Sequence record: MZ868638.1
Reading direction: 5' to 3' (one strand)
Source: Escherichia phage vB_EcoM-pEK20
Length of the DNA: 64,000 bases
Under the pieces are notes generated by a model. It was not told the origin of the DNA. It ran no database searches and saw nothing but the letters and a program-made list of their open reading frames with translations. Numbering within the stretch: the first letter of the stretch is position 1; each line of letters starts with the position of its first letter. A program made the translations under genes and the position numbers. Of the stretch, positions 8,346 to 18,081 are shown one piece after another.

Positions 8346-8879
8346 ATGAAAACTGTAATTGAAACAACCGAGTTGTTTGGTGATTTATGTATCGAAAAAC
8401 GTGGTTATGTGTATGTTCTGACACAAGAAGATGATGCTGCTACTATTCTTCCTATGGAACTGGACAAGATTTTGAAACTCAATCCGTCTGGACGTCGTCG
8501 AGAGGTAATTAACATTGGTAAAGACCTCCAAGTTCGTTTTTATCCTGGTCTTTACAATGTGGCTAATATCGAAACTGAAGACGAATGTTTTTCTATTAAT
8601 AATTGGAAAACATTCGTCACTAAGGTGAAAGAATTAATGGAATCTGAAACAGCCAAAAAGGCCAAACTTCAATGGGCTAAATGCCGTAATGCTTTTATTA
8701 CAAATCAGGACCGCCCTGACTATACAACAGTCCTAGGCGTTAATCCTTCTTATGAAGATGGTGATGTCGTAGTTATTCGTCAAATTGATGACCTTCGTCA
8801 ACATATCGTTACATTAGACAAAGATGAAGCAGTTGCTCTTAAAGCTTATCTTGATTCTATTATCCCGACTTTGAAATAA
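8346..8879 (+). CDS. Hypothetical protein
   Basis: ORF only. Confidence 0.35.
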   Translation: MKTVIETTELFGDLCIEKRGYVYVLTQEDDAATILPMELDKILKLNPSGRRREVINIGKDLQVRFYPGLYNVANIETEDECFSINNWKTFVTKVKELMESETAKKAKLQWAKCRNAFITNQDRPDYTTVLGVNPSYEDGDVVVIRQIDDLRQHIVTLDKDEAVALKAYLDSIIPTLK

Positions 8880-8888
8880 GGAATTATT

Positions 8889-9362
8889 ATGATTATCAAT
8901 GAAAACTCTTGGCACTTTAAAATTTATGCCGCGTTCAATAGTACATGGAATCGCCCGAAAACGTTGTGTGCTTATTTTTGGAAAACGTTAATCCCGGTAT
9001 TGGCTGTTTCAATTATTGGATTTGCGATTTTAGCAGCAGTCGTAATCATTGGCCAGGAAATTTTAACTAAATTCTTTGTTTTTAGCAGTCTATGGACATT
9101 AGTTCCAGCCTCAATTGGCGTAGGCATTTTAATGGTAGCAGTCATGGCTTTTATTGCTACCGGGTTGGTAATTGGCCCGTCTTGGCTGTTAGACAAATAT
9201 AACGACAGAAAATATTATAAAGAAATTGAGCTCATTGCGCAAAACCAAGAACGAATTAAAAATGGACTAGAGCCTATTGAACGTAAGAAATCATTAATAG
9301 GTGAATACCTTAAAGCTCGTAAAGAAAAAATCTGTCCTACTCTTGAATATAAGGCTAAATGA
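8889..9362 (+). CDS. Integral membrane protein (about 3 TM segments)
   Basis: Long hydrophobic stretches in translation. Confidence 0.4.
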   Translation: MIINENSWHFKIYAAFNSTWNRPKTLCAYFWKTLIPVLAVSIIGFAILAAVVIIGQEILTKFFVFSSLWTLVPASIGVGILMVAVMAFIATGLVIGPSWLLDKYNDRKYYKEIELIAQNQERIKNGLEPIERKKSLIGEYLKARKEKICPTLEYKAK

Positions 9363-10348
9363 TGAAAACGATTGTTAAGGCTTACTTTGGTAGCCATCTT
9401 TATGGAACGTCTACTCCTGAATCTGACATCGATTTTAAAGAAATTTATGTCCCTCATGCTCGTGATATCTTGACCGGTAACGTTAAAGAACACATGAGCA
9501 AGAACACGAATAACACATCTTCTAAGAACACAAAAGACGACGTGGACCATGAGTTGTATAGTCTCAAATATTTCTTTAAACTAGCTGCAGATGGCGAAAC
9601 CGTCGCATTAGATATGCTTCACACTCCACCAAGTTTAGTAGTTAAATCTGATTTGCCTGATGTATGGAAGTATATTCAAGATAACAGGTCTCGTTTCTAT
9701 ACCACTAACATGAAATCTTATTTAGGGTATGTCCGTAAGCAAGCTTCTAAATACGGTGTCAAGGGTTCTCGACTGGCTGTTCTTCGTCAAGCCCTTAAAC
9801 GTTCTAATGAATGGGGACAATACTTTGATAATGGTGCAGTAATTCGTTTATCACATATGAAGAATGTTCTGCCTGTAGGTGAATTTGCTTCGTGGATTGA
9901 AACTGAAAACGAGAAAACAGGTAAGCAAACATTCTATAATCTGTTAGACCGTAAATTCCAAGACACGTTAACCAATAAAGAGTTCAATGCCATCCTGGTT
10001 AAACTGGAAGAGAACTATGGTGAACGTGCTCGTAAGGCAGAAGCTAACGAAGGTATTGATTGGAAAGCATTGAGTCATGCATGTCGTGGTGGACTTCAAC
10101 TATTAGAAATTTATAAAACCGGCGACCTGGTTTACCCACTTCAGGATGCTCCATTTATTCTCGATGTTAAGCTCGGTAAACATACGTTTAAAACTGTACA
10201 AGAATTCCTAGAAGATATCGTCGACCAAGTTGAACATGCGTCAGAACAAGCTGCCAAGAACGGTATGCAACAAAAAGTAGATATGAGTTTCTGGGATGAT
10301 TTCCTTGAACAAGTCTATCTCGAAAATCATAATTCTTACTATAAATAA
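9359..10348 (+). CDS. Pol-beta-superfamily nucleotidyltransferase-fold protein
   Basis: FGSHLYGTSTPESDIDF fits the GS-x(9-13)-DxD nucleotidyltransferase signature. Confidence 0.45.
   Translation: MMKTIVKAYFGSHLYGTSTPESDIDFKEIYVPHARDILTGNVKEHMSKNTNNTSSKNTKDDVDHELYSLKYFFKLAADGETVALDMLHTPPSLVVKSDLPDVWKYIQDNRSRFYTTNMKSYLGYVRKQASKYGVKGSRLAVLRQALKRSNEWGQYFDNGAVIRLSHMKNVLPVGEFASWIETENEKTGKQTFYNLLDRKFQDTLTNKEFNAILVKLEENYGERARKAEANEGIDWKALSHACRGGLQLLEIYKTGDLVYPLQDAPFILDVKLGKHTFKTVQEFLEDIVDQVEHASEQAAKNGMQQKVDMSFWDDFLEQVYLENHNSYYK
10340..10347 (+). promoter_or_regulatory. Candidate T4 late promoter TATAAATA
   Basis: Exact TATAAATA 33 nt upstream of ORF 10380. Confidence 0.35.
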
Positions 10349-10379
10349 GTAGATAAATAACCATTAACTTGAGGTAAAT

Positions 10380-10646
10380 ATGAAAAAATTAGTAATTGGT
10401 TTATTCGCAGTAATGATGGCATTCTCTGTTGGTGCTACCACGGGTGCAGGAGCTGGTGGTAACCAGTCTTCTGGGCCTTCTAATGGTTCGGTAAATGCAT
10501 CACATTCTCAGGGTATTGAGAACATTAGATCAAGCTATATTAATAGCACCGCCGGACAAGCAACTGAAGCATGGTCAAAGGGCCGAGTAGTTACTCGCTC
10601 CGTATTCTGTGATATGCCTAATTATGTTGCTAAGTGCGATAAGTAA
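10380..10646 (+). CDS. Small secreted protein (signal peptide, Gly/Ser-rich)
   Basis: MKKLVIGLFAVMMAFSVGA signal. Confidence 0.4.
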   Translation: MKKLVIGLFAVMMAFSVGATTGAGAGGNQSSGPSNGSVNASHSQGIENIRSSYINSTAGQATEAWSKGRVVTRSVFCDMPNYVAKCDK

Positions 10647-10742
10647 ATGTGGGGACCTTCGGGTCCCTTTAGGGGGTTAAAATATTTAAAAAAGTGGTGT
10701 ACATGCTTTTAGGATATGTTATTATAGACCTATCGAAACGAA

Positions 10743-11744
10743 ATGAGTAAATTGGAGAATAAAATGTTCAACGTTCAAATCAAAAAAGGTATCTATCGTA
10801 ATAACGAAATCTCTGGTTCTTATGTTGCCACAAAGACCTGGTTCCCGGCAAAGCTTAATCCTGAATGTTCCCACTTAGGTGATGGTAAAATTTTCGTTAT
10901 GATTGATGGTTCTGAACGTGGAGTATGGGTCTTCAAATCAGACATCGTAATGGAAGGAGTTGAGACGTCACCAGTTGCAGTTGTTGAAAGCACTGAAGAT
11001 ATGAAAACTCGTATCAACAAACGCTTTAAAGTAATGAACATGATGACGAATGGCATTATCGATGGCAAAATTCGTTCACTCATTATTTCAGGTGCAGCCG
11101 GTATTGGTAAGACGTATTCTCTGGATAAAGCACTTAATAATGCTAATGATAACGGTTTCATCAAATACAAAAGCATTAATGGTAAAATCTCCGGTATTGG
11201 CCTTTACGAACAACTTTGGCTCAACCGTGATGCGGACAGCGTTCTCTTAATCGACGACGTTGACGTATTCTCGGATATGGACATCTTGAACCTTCTTAAA
11301 GCAGCATTAGATACCGGAGATAAACGCAAAGTTTGCTGGAGCACTGCGTCATCTTATCTCGATGATAAGGGTATTGATAAAGAATTTGAGTTTGAAGGTA
11401 CTATCGTTTTCATTACAAACGTTGATATCGATAAAGAGTTAGAACGCGGTTCGAAACTTGCCCCACACCTTCAAGCTTTAGTATCTCGTTCAGTGTATCT
11501 CGACCTTGGAGTACACTCTAATGAAGAGATTATGGTTCGAGTTGAAGATGTAATATTATCTACTGACATGATGCAGAAACGTGGTCTGACAGATGCAGAA
11601 ACGTATAAAGCATTGTCCTGGATGAAGGCTAACGTATCTCGTCTTCGCAATGTATCATTACGTACGGCTCTTTACGTAGCAGATTTTATTTCAACTGATA
11701 AAGATGGTTGGGAGGAAATCTCTGAAGTAACTTTACTGAAATAA
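10743..11744 (+). CDS. P-loop ATPase (Walker A GAAGIGKT, Walker B LLIDDVD)
   Basis: Motifs read from translation. Confidence 0.5.
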   Translation: MSKLENKMFNVQIKKGIYRNNEISGSYVATKTWFPAKLNPECSHLGDGKIFVMIDGSERGVWVFKSDIVMEGVETSPVAVVESTEDMKTRINKRFKVMNMMTNGIIDGKIRSLIISGAAGIGKTYSLDKALNNANDNGFIKYKSINGKISGIGLYEQLWLNRDADSVLLIDDVDVFSDMDILNLLKAALDTGDKRKVCWSTASSYLDDKGIDKEFEFEGTIVFITNVDIDKELERGSKLAPHLQALVSRSVYLDLGVHSNEEIMVRVEDVILSTDMMQKRGLTDAETYKALSWMKANVSRLRNVSLRTALYVADFISTDKDGWEEISEVTLLK

Positions 11745-11882
11745 GCTTATAGGAAGTTCTGAGGTAACAAAAGCCATAAAGATGAATAATCATATGGCTT
11801 ACCTCAAAGAAGGACACCAGGAACCTACTGAGGGCATAGAAATATTTAAAAATAATGATGTACAAATCAAAGAGGATATGTT

Positions 11883-12170
11883 ATGGATTTTATGCAAAAA
11901 ATTAAAGCCGCAGTAGAACTCTATGCTCATCGTATGGTTAGTTCTACAATGCAATATAGCGAGGAGGTTCGCCAGGACTCTTCCTTGAAAGGAAAAACTA
12001 AAGCCTTAATTACCTTAGATCGTTTGCAAAAGAATGCCATAGAGATGCTCCAGTACGACAAGGCTGTATATAAGAAAGAACAGGAAGAGAAACTTAAATC
12101 TGAAAAATTACAGAAAATTCCGAAATCGGTTTGGTTCAGTGGAAAAAATACCGAAAAAAGTTTCTTTTAG
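11883..12170 (+). CDS. Hypothetical protein
   Basis: ORF only. Confidence 0.3.
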   Translation: MDFMQKIKAAVELYAHRMVSSTMQYSEEVRQDSSLKGKTKALITLDRLQKNAIEMLQYDKAVYKKEQEEKLKSEKLQKIPKSVWFSGKNTEKSFF

Positions 12171-12172
12171 TT

Positions 12173-12201
12173 GTTTACAAGGTCTATAGTTATGTTATTA
12201 T
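12173..12201 (+). promoter_or_regulatory. T4-type early promoter with stem-loop
   Basis: GTTTAC 12173-12178, TATTAT 12196-12201, GGTCTATA/TATAGACC inverted repeat. Confidence 0.4.
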
Positions 12202-12228
12202 AGACCTATCAACTACTGGAGGTAAAAC

Positions 12229-12756
12229 ATGAACGCTAAAGATATTTTCAACCTGGTAAATTATAACGACGGTAAATTTAAATCTGAAGCACAAAGCAAG
12301 TTCTTTAATGACGTTGCTTATGGTAACGAGATTACCGTGGACGGAGGTCAGATTTTCAAATCTCGCTGGAATTGGATTGCTATCATCGATTCAGTTGGAA
12401 TTGTGGAAGTCTACAAAAACACTAACAAAAAACGTACATTATTCTGGTCTCGTGAAACTAACGAGCAGTACAAAAAGGATAAAGCATCTCGTTTATCCAA
12501 AGTAACCCAGGAAGATATCGAGTTTATCAAGAAAGATATCGAGATGTACGAAAATTTAATCGCTGAAGACCAGGCAGTACTCGACAAGTTTGACGAAATT
12601 AAAGCTTCTCGTGAAATCCCTGACTTCATGAAAGAAACAGTAAATGAACGATACGCTCTCACTTCAGAACGTATTGCAAACTATACAAAACAGAAAGCAG
12701 AACGTATTAGTACTCTTCGGAAATTTGAAGAACGTTTAAAGACGGTTCACGCATAA
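12229..12756 (+). CDS. Hypothetical protein
   Basis: ORF only. Confidence 0.35.
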   Translation: MNAKDIFNLVNYNDGKFKSEAQSKFFNDVAYGNEITVDGGQIFKSRWNWIAIIDSVGIVEVYKNTNKKRTLFWSRETNEQYKKDKASRLSKVTQEDIEFIKKDIEMYENLIAEDQAVLDKFDEIKASREIPDFMKETVNERYALTSERIANYTKQKAERISTLRKFEERLKTVHA

Positions 12757-12818
12757 ACGCTTTACCCAAGGACGGGTTATAATGGTTTTGAGTTCCAATT
12801 CAATCTGAGGAAATAGTT

Positions 12819-13814
12819 ATGAGCATTACATCTGATGCGGTAAAACATGAAATTAACGGTTTATGTGCTTCACAGATTAAAGTGTGGTTTAAAGACCATA
12901 ATGATCGCAGAGCACTTAATTATGAGCAAATTGCTATCCAAGTTCATCAATTACTGACTAGTAAATTTGATTTTCATATGCCGTCTGAAATTTATACTAA
13001 TCTACCACGAGCGCTTATTAAAGCGTGTAAAGGTTACGGAAAATCAATGGCCGATGGAATCTTCAGCGCGCTGAATAAACTTAACGTTCTGTCGATGATT
13101 AACTCTAACAACATCCTGCGTAATCTAGGACGTACTGATTTGTTCGGCCGTGAACAGTGTAAAATGCCTTTGAAATGGATTGTTGCTCATCTTAACGAGA
13201 ACCAAACACGTTTTATGGCCGTATCAGCACGCTTACAAATGGGTCTAGATCGTCAGATGAACTTTAAAACTCATCCACGTTATTCAGGTTCAACAGACTT
13301 TTATAAATGTGAGCTTCAAAAGGTTGCAGGTAAAACTGTCTTAGTAGTTCGTGTAACGTTTGAAGGACGACGTCAAGGATATTTTGACCTAATCGGCTCT
13401 GGACTTAAACATTGTGGATTTATTGACGAAGTTGATATCAAGCGAGACAGCATTGGATACCGTATTGGATATGTTTGTACTCTTAAAGAAGAGATTTCAG
13501 GACCAGCACCAGGACTAAAAGACGTTAGATATAAAGACGAACTCGTTGAAGAAATAAAAGAAGTTGAATATGATATCAACCAAGAAGATGCTCTTAAAGA
13601 CCTTATTGATGAACTAAACCAAGACGTTATTCCGGTTCAGAAATTTGAATCAAAACATGCTGAGCAAATCAAATACTTTGAAGCTTTGATTAACGAACTT
13701 AATGTAACTATTCAACAGACTGATGATGAAATCTCACGATTAGCAGGCTTAAACGGTAAAAATAAAACAGAACGAGCTAATCTTATCCAGGTAGTAAAAC
13801 TTCTTAAGGAATGA
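12819..13814 (+). CDS. Hypothetical protein with C-terminal coiled coil
   Basis: Charged heptad-like C-terminal ~60 aa. Confidence 0.35.
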   Translation: MSITSDAVKHEINGLCASQIKVWFKDHNDRRALNYEQIAIQVHQLLTSKFDFHMPSEIYTNLPRALIKACKGYGKSMADGIFSALNKLNVLSMINSNNILRNLGRTDLFGREQCKMPLKWIVAHLNENQTRFMAVSARLQMGLDRQMNFKTHPRYSGSTDFYKCELQKVAGKTVLVVRVTFEGRRQGYFDLIGSGLKHCGFIDEVDIKRDSIGYRIGYVCTLKEEISGPAPGLKDVRYKDELVEEIKEVEYDINQEDALKDLIDELNQDVIPVQKFESKHAEQIKYFEALINELNVTIQQTDDEISRLAGLNGKNKTERANLIQVVKLLKE

Positions 13815-13869
13815 TGTACAACCAAGGATGGTTGGAGTATAATAAATTTTTCAACATGAGGAATATAAA

Positions 13870-14805
13870 ATGGCTTCTATTACACGTAGAGAACTTATCA
13901 AAGAATTTACCTCGAACGCATATACCCCAGGACCTAATCCTATCCGTATGCCTGTAAAGACTCCTGAAGAGATTGAGGAAATCTGTTCATATTATGGGAT
14001 TAATTCTCGTAAGTTTACTCAATTTGAATGCGTTACTAACACACCCGTTAAAGAGTTCATTAAAAATGGTGAGTTCAGCCGTTTATTAGCCAAACAGAAA
14101 CTTCGTAATTTTTGTATTGGCGGTGAAGGACAATATTTCGCTAAGCAGTTCAGGAATAACCTTAACAATCTGATGGCCATTGCTTCTCGTATTCGTCCTC
14201 AAGCAATTAACATGAAACATTTGAAATATACTTACGATAAGTTAGAAATCATGGTTATCAGTGAGAACGAGTTCACTCTTACGTATAAACCTAAGAATGA
14301 TAACGTTGCTCGTGTATTCCACCAAGCGTTGGAAGTTTTAGGTGATAATATCCACCAGATTAAAGCAATTTATTCTCGTGAGCTTAATATTATCAACCCT
14401 ATCAAGAATAAGGGCCATATCGCTATCCAGGCTCGTGTATCTGTTGGTAAAAAGGTTCCTGCGCCATGGTGGCACAAAGACTCTGAATACTATCAAAATC
14501 TTAAAAAGGAAAATGCAACGTTCGAAGCGTCAATTACTACAACCCCAATTGGCAATGCTGAAGTTCAAGGTGCATATTTTACTGCTCCATCTATATACAC
14601 TTCACCGTCGACTAAACTGGAAATCTCTAACGGTCTTCTTCCTGCCGAAGATTACTATTATAATCAAATCAAAGCCACTGTGGACCAACTGTCTGTTGAA
14701 CTTGACAAAGCACAAGCTAAGCTTCGTGATGCTCAACAAGTAGTTACCAAGCTCCAGTTGCAGTACTCTAAACTTTTTAACGCAATGAATGCATTAAAAT
14801 CATAA
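13870..14805 (+). CDS. Hypothetical protein with C-terminal coiled coil
   Basis: Same architecture as neighbours. Confidence 0.35.
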   Translation: MASITRRELIKEFTSNAYTPGPNPIRMPVKTPEEIEEICSYYGINSRKFTQFECVTNTPVKEFIKNGEFSRLLAKQKLRNFCIGGEGQYFAKQFRNNLNNLMAIASRIRPQAINMKHLKYTYDKLEIMVISENEFTLTYKPKNDNVARVFHQALEVLGDNIHQIKAIYSRELNIINPIKNKGHIAIQARVSVGKKVPAPWWHKDSEYYQNLKKENATFEASITTTPIGNAEVQGAYFTAPSIYTSPSTKLEISNGLLPAEDYYYNQIKATVDQLSVELDKAQAKLRDAQQVVTKLQLQYSKLFNAMNALKS

Positions 14806-14809
14806 ATCA

Positions 14810-14839
14810 GTTTACAACCAAGGATGGTTGGAGTATAAT
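14810..14839 (+). promoter_or_regulatory. T4-type early promoter cassette (repeated)
   Basis: GTTTAC 14810-14815, TATAAT 14834-14839; about 48 nt identical to 57277-57324. Confidence 0.45.
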
Positions 14840-14867
14840 CTTTCTATCTTAACGAGAGGAAAATATT

Positions 14868-15812
14868 ATGACACGTTCACATTACATTGATTATTTTGCA
14901 GGTCTTATCGCTAACGTTCATGCCCAACGTGCTTCTGGTTCATTAGGATTTGATGTTCCACACCGAGTTGTAGTAAGTGGTATTCTTCGCGATTTTGGTA
15001 CATACACAGGCCAAGAAAATCATATCTGTAAAGATACTCAGAATGCATATTCTCATTCATTAGGGACACTGCTTCAATGGTTCAAACGTTCTCGTTTATT
15101 ATCTTCTACTGTAGCTCGCGATAACATTAAAAACTTTATGAAGCCGAGCTTTATTAAATCTGTGACATCTAAAACCGATTTGGTTGAATTCACTATTGTT
15201 AATGATGTTAAAAAGACTCATTTGGCTGATTGGTTATCTACCATTCCTGAAACTAAATTTGCTGATAAATTTGCTTGTGAATTCAATAACCAAGTGAATA
15301 TGCTTTTTAAACATTCTCGTAAATTATTCACAGGCGGCGATGATCGTACAAATAAAGTTCATGTTAAAGATTGGGTTACTGCAGTATTCAAACCAACCGG
15401 TAATGGTAACGCATCATTATCAATTGATATCCAGGTTCCTTATTACTACTCACGTAATCTCGGTACCATGAAAGCCGAAGAAATTAATAAGCACAACAAA
15501 ACCATTCGTTCGCTGTCTTATAAACTTCGCATGATGTTAAGAATCATGGACGTGGTAGAAATGTATGATGAAACCGAAGATAATGGTTCAATGTTATACA
15601 GTTCTCGCATTCAAATTAAGTTGAAGAACCCTAACGAGTATAAGCCTATTAAAGAGCCTAAAGCAGAAAAAGTTGATAACTTAAGAGAAGAACGCGAATA
15701 TCTCAAATCTCGTCTGAAAGAAGTCGAAGCCCAGATTGCAGAACAAACTAAATCGTTAAAAGCTCTGAATGCGAAAGCGGATGGCTTACGAAATGCCATT
15801 GAGGTGTTATAA
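14868..15812 (+). CDS. Hypothetical protein with C-terminal coiled coil
   Basis: Same architecture as neighbours. Confidence 0.35.
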   Translation: MTRSHYIDYFAGLIANVHAQRASGSLGFDVPHRVVVSGILRDFGTYTGQENHICKDTQNAYSHSLGTLLQWFKRSRLLSSTVARDNIKNFMKPSFIKSVTSKTDLVEFTIVNDVKKTHLADWLSTIPETKFADKFACEFNNQVNMLFKHSRKLFTGGDDRTNKVHVKDWVTAVFKPTGNGNASLSIDIQVPYYYSRNLGTMKAEEINKHNKTIRSLSYKLRMMLRIMDVVEMYDETEDNGSMLYSSRIQIKLKNPNEYKPIKEPKAEKVDNLREEREYLKSRLKEVEAQIAEQTKSLKALNAKADGLRNAIEVL

Positions 15813-16117
15813 TGAAACTACGTCTTTTAGAGGATATTGATATGAGCACTAATCATGGCTTGGTTAAGTTTATTGACGATAGTTCAAAGATTGAATTTGT
15901 TCAGCGAGATAAAATCCACGGTGAAGAAGAGTTCGTTCCTCCGGCATGGAACGAAATCATGAAAATGGTTGAACGACGTGAAAATGCTGCCAAATCGGCA
16001 GCAAAACATCCATGTCCGGAATGTGGAACTATCCAAGTCCAACTGGTTAACTGGACCACTGATAACTTGAAATTGAAATGCCGTAAATGCTTCCACAAAT
16101 TTGAGAGAACATTATAA
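15812..16117 (+). CDS. Zinc-ribbon protein (CPECG...CRKC)
   Basis: Two CxxC pairs near C-terminus. Confidence 0.35.
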   Translation: MKLRLLEDIDMSTNHGLVKFIDDSSKIEFVQRDKIHGEEEFVPPAWNEIMKMVERRENAAKSAAKHPCPECGTIQVQLVNWTTDNLKLKCRKCFHKFERTL

Positions 16118-16530
16118 TGAGATATAGCTTTCGTTGTTTTATCGCAGCTTTAGTTTTTGCTATTATTCCATTCATTTGGAACAGCCAGAATACTTACATG
16201 GAAACTAAAGTAATTCCTGTGGAGGTAGTGGAATTAATCTCAGGCCAATCTACAGGAAAATATTCTAAATTAGAATTTATTGCAGTCTATAAAGATGAGC
16301 AAGGACGAGTTTTTGACAGGCGTGTATCGCCGTCGTTTTATACGCTTCTGAATAAAGGTGATACGATAGCTATAGAAATTCGTGAGATGGATATAAAACA
16401 AACTACTAAAGATAACTTGATTTGGTTCTTTGGTACAGTGTTGTTGGTTTCTATCTGTATCACAGGTTTTATTACATGTATTGTATTTGGCATTGCATAT
16501 TTAATCGATGAAAGGAAAAATAATGTTTAA
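16117..16530 (+). CDS. Membrane protein
   Basis: N- and C-terminal hydrophobic segments. Confidence 0.35.
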   Translation: MRYSFRCFIAALVFAIIPFIWNSQNTYMETKVIPVEVVELISGQSTGKYSKLEFIAVYKDEQGRVFDRRVSPSFYTLLNKGDTIAIEIREMDIKQTTKDNLIWFFGTVLLVSICITGFITCIVFGIAYLIDERKNNV

Positions 16531-16786
16531 AGTGTACGGGTATGACTCTACTATTCATAAATGCATTTATTGCGATAATGCGAAACGATTGCTGACTGTT
16601 AAGAAACAACCATTCGAATTCATTAATGTTATGCCAGAAAAAGGTGTGTTCGATGATGAGAAAATTGCTGAGCTTCTGGTTAAGCTTGGTCGTGAATCAC
16701 AAGTTGGATTGACTATGCCTCAAGTGTTTGCTCCTGATGGAACTTCGATCGGTGGCTTTGACCAACTACGAGAATATTTTAAATGA
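16523..16786 (+). CDS. nrdC: Thioredoxin/glutaredoxin for ribonucleotide reductase
   Basis: MFKVYGYDSTIHKCIYCDNAKRLL... matches T4 NrdC as recalled (CxxC motif). Confidence 0.85.
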   Translation: MFKVYGYDSTIHKCIYCDNAKRLLTVKKQPFEFINVMPEKGVFDDEKIAELLVKLGRESQVGLTMPQVFAPDGTSIGGFDQLREYFK

Positions 16787-17139
16787 CATATTCATTAAAT
16801 CTTAAAGATTTCCAAGATGTATACGAAGTTTGTGCCAATGAACTTGGTCCTGATGCTCCAACTATTATTGAAGTTTTAAATGTGCTCCCTTCATCATTAG
16901 CTTACGAAGCCAAATCATGGGGTTGGAACGACACTGTCGTTCGTGATGACCTTTACGTCCTGATGAACGATATGATGGTTAAAAAGGCAGAACCGGTTGC
17001 ACCAATGGTTACCATTACCGTTGAAGAATATAATCGCCTGCAAGCCATTGAAGAGCTTCTGTGGAACATTGAATGTGACCTGCCATCCGGACTAGAATCC
17101 TGGATTGATTATGAAGAGCTCAATAAACTCCGGGGTTAA
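16783..17139 (+). CDS. Hypothetical protein
   Basis: ORF only. Confidence 0.3.
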   Translation: MTYSLNLKDFQDVYEVCANELGPDAPTIIEVLNVLPSSLAYEAKSWGWNDTVVRDDLYVLMNDMMVKKAEPVAPMVTITVEEYNRLQAIEELLWNIECDLPSGLESWIDYEELNKLRG

Positions 17140-17267
17140 ACCGTGGTATTCGGCTCGATGGGAGACAGTCGAGCCAGACGTCGAAACAGTTTACAATGAC
17201 GAAGAAACGTGTTATGATGAACCTTCAATAAATGAATTAATTGATATGGAAATGGGAAGAGATTATT

Positions 17268-17438
17268 ATGCAAGTTAAATTATTGTACCGTTTATTAAAA
17301 AATGGCAAGCATGATTGGTATTTGCTTATTAAAACCGATCCGAATTTTTTCTCTGGACAACCATTTACAGTTCGTCCTACTAAACGTCAGCTTCGCAAAG
17401 CTAAACGTTCTCATCGTAACTTTTATAGAGAATATTGA
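17268..17438 (+). CDS. Small protein with basic C-terminal tail VRPTKRQLRKAKR
   Basis: Internal ATG of ORF 17241-17438; shares tail motif with 17863-18042 and 46456-46668. Confidence 0.35.
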   Translation: MQVKLLYRLLKNGKHDWYLLIKTDPNFFSGQPFTVRPTKRQLRKAKRSHRNFYREY

Positions 17439-17439
17439 T

Positions 17440-17853
17440 ATGAATATTTCTGAAACTCGCGGTAAATGGTTCAAGATTGTTAAAGAAGACGAAGAACTCC
17501 AAGATAAGTTTCCTGAATTAAAGAAAGATACGATCATCAAGGTAATTGGTACTACTACCGAAGATGGTTATGGCGACCATGGCATTATCGAAGTGATGTT
17601 GAACACAGGTGAGAAACTTTGCATCTATGACCGTGATACTTCTCTTTGGTGCTTCTGGGAATCCCATTCAATAGATGAACTCGAAGAAATTGACCAAGTA
17701 GTTTGTGATGGTGGACTTGGCGAATTCAAAGGTGAACGTATTTCTTATGCTTTAGCTAAATTAGCCGCCCAAGAAAATAATGACGGTTATGAAGGTAATC
17801 TGATGCAAGCCGCAGCGGAATACATTGAATATTTAGAAAGACGTTTAAGTTAA
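17440..17853 (+). CDS. Hypothetical protein
   Basis: Internal ATG 17440 of ORF 17302-17853. Confidence 0.35.
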   Translation: MNISETRGKWFKIVKEDEELQDKFPELKKDTIIKVIGTTTEDGYGDHGIIEVMLNTGEKLCIYDRDTSLWCFWESHSIDELEEIDQVVCDGGLGEFKGERISYALAKLAAQENNDGYEGNLMQAAAEYIEYLERRLS

Positions 17854-17862
17854 GGGCTTATT

Positions 17863-18042
17863 ATGAAAACTGCATTATTTTTTGGCGAAAGAACAAACGG
17901 TCAAAAATCTTGGAAATTTGTTATAATTGGTGCTCCAAACAATCCGAACATGAGGACTTCAATCATTTCGGTAACACGTCCTACTAAAAGAATGATTCGC
18001 CAATACAAACGTTTTCATCGAGACTTTTATAACGTTTACTAA
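17863..18042 (+). CDS. Small protein with basic C-terminal tail TRPTKRMIRQYKR (paralog)
   Basis: 59-aa ORF not in track; same tail motif. Confidence 0.35.
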   Translation: MKTALFFGERTNGQKSWKFVIIGAPNNPNMRTSIISVTRPTKRMIRQYKRFHRDFYNVY

Positions 18043-18044
18043 AT

Positions 18045-18052
18045 TATAAATA
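18045..18052 (+). promoter_or_regulatory. T4 late promoter TATAAATA followed by hairpin (CCCTTA / TAAGGG)
   Basis: Exact TATAAATA 30 nt upstream of gene 49; T4 gene 49 is known to have a late promoter. Confidence 0.45.
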
Positions 18053-18081
18053 CCCTTATCTATTTAAGGTAAGGGTTTATC

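Noticed and set aside
12194-12221. Short direct repeats considered as a possible CRISPR-like array
   Set aside because: Repeats are promoter cassettes tens of kb apart with no regular spacer structure.
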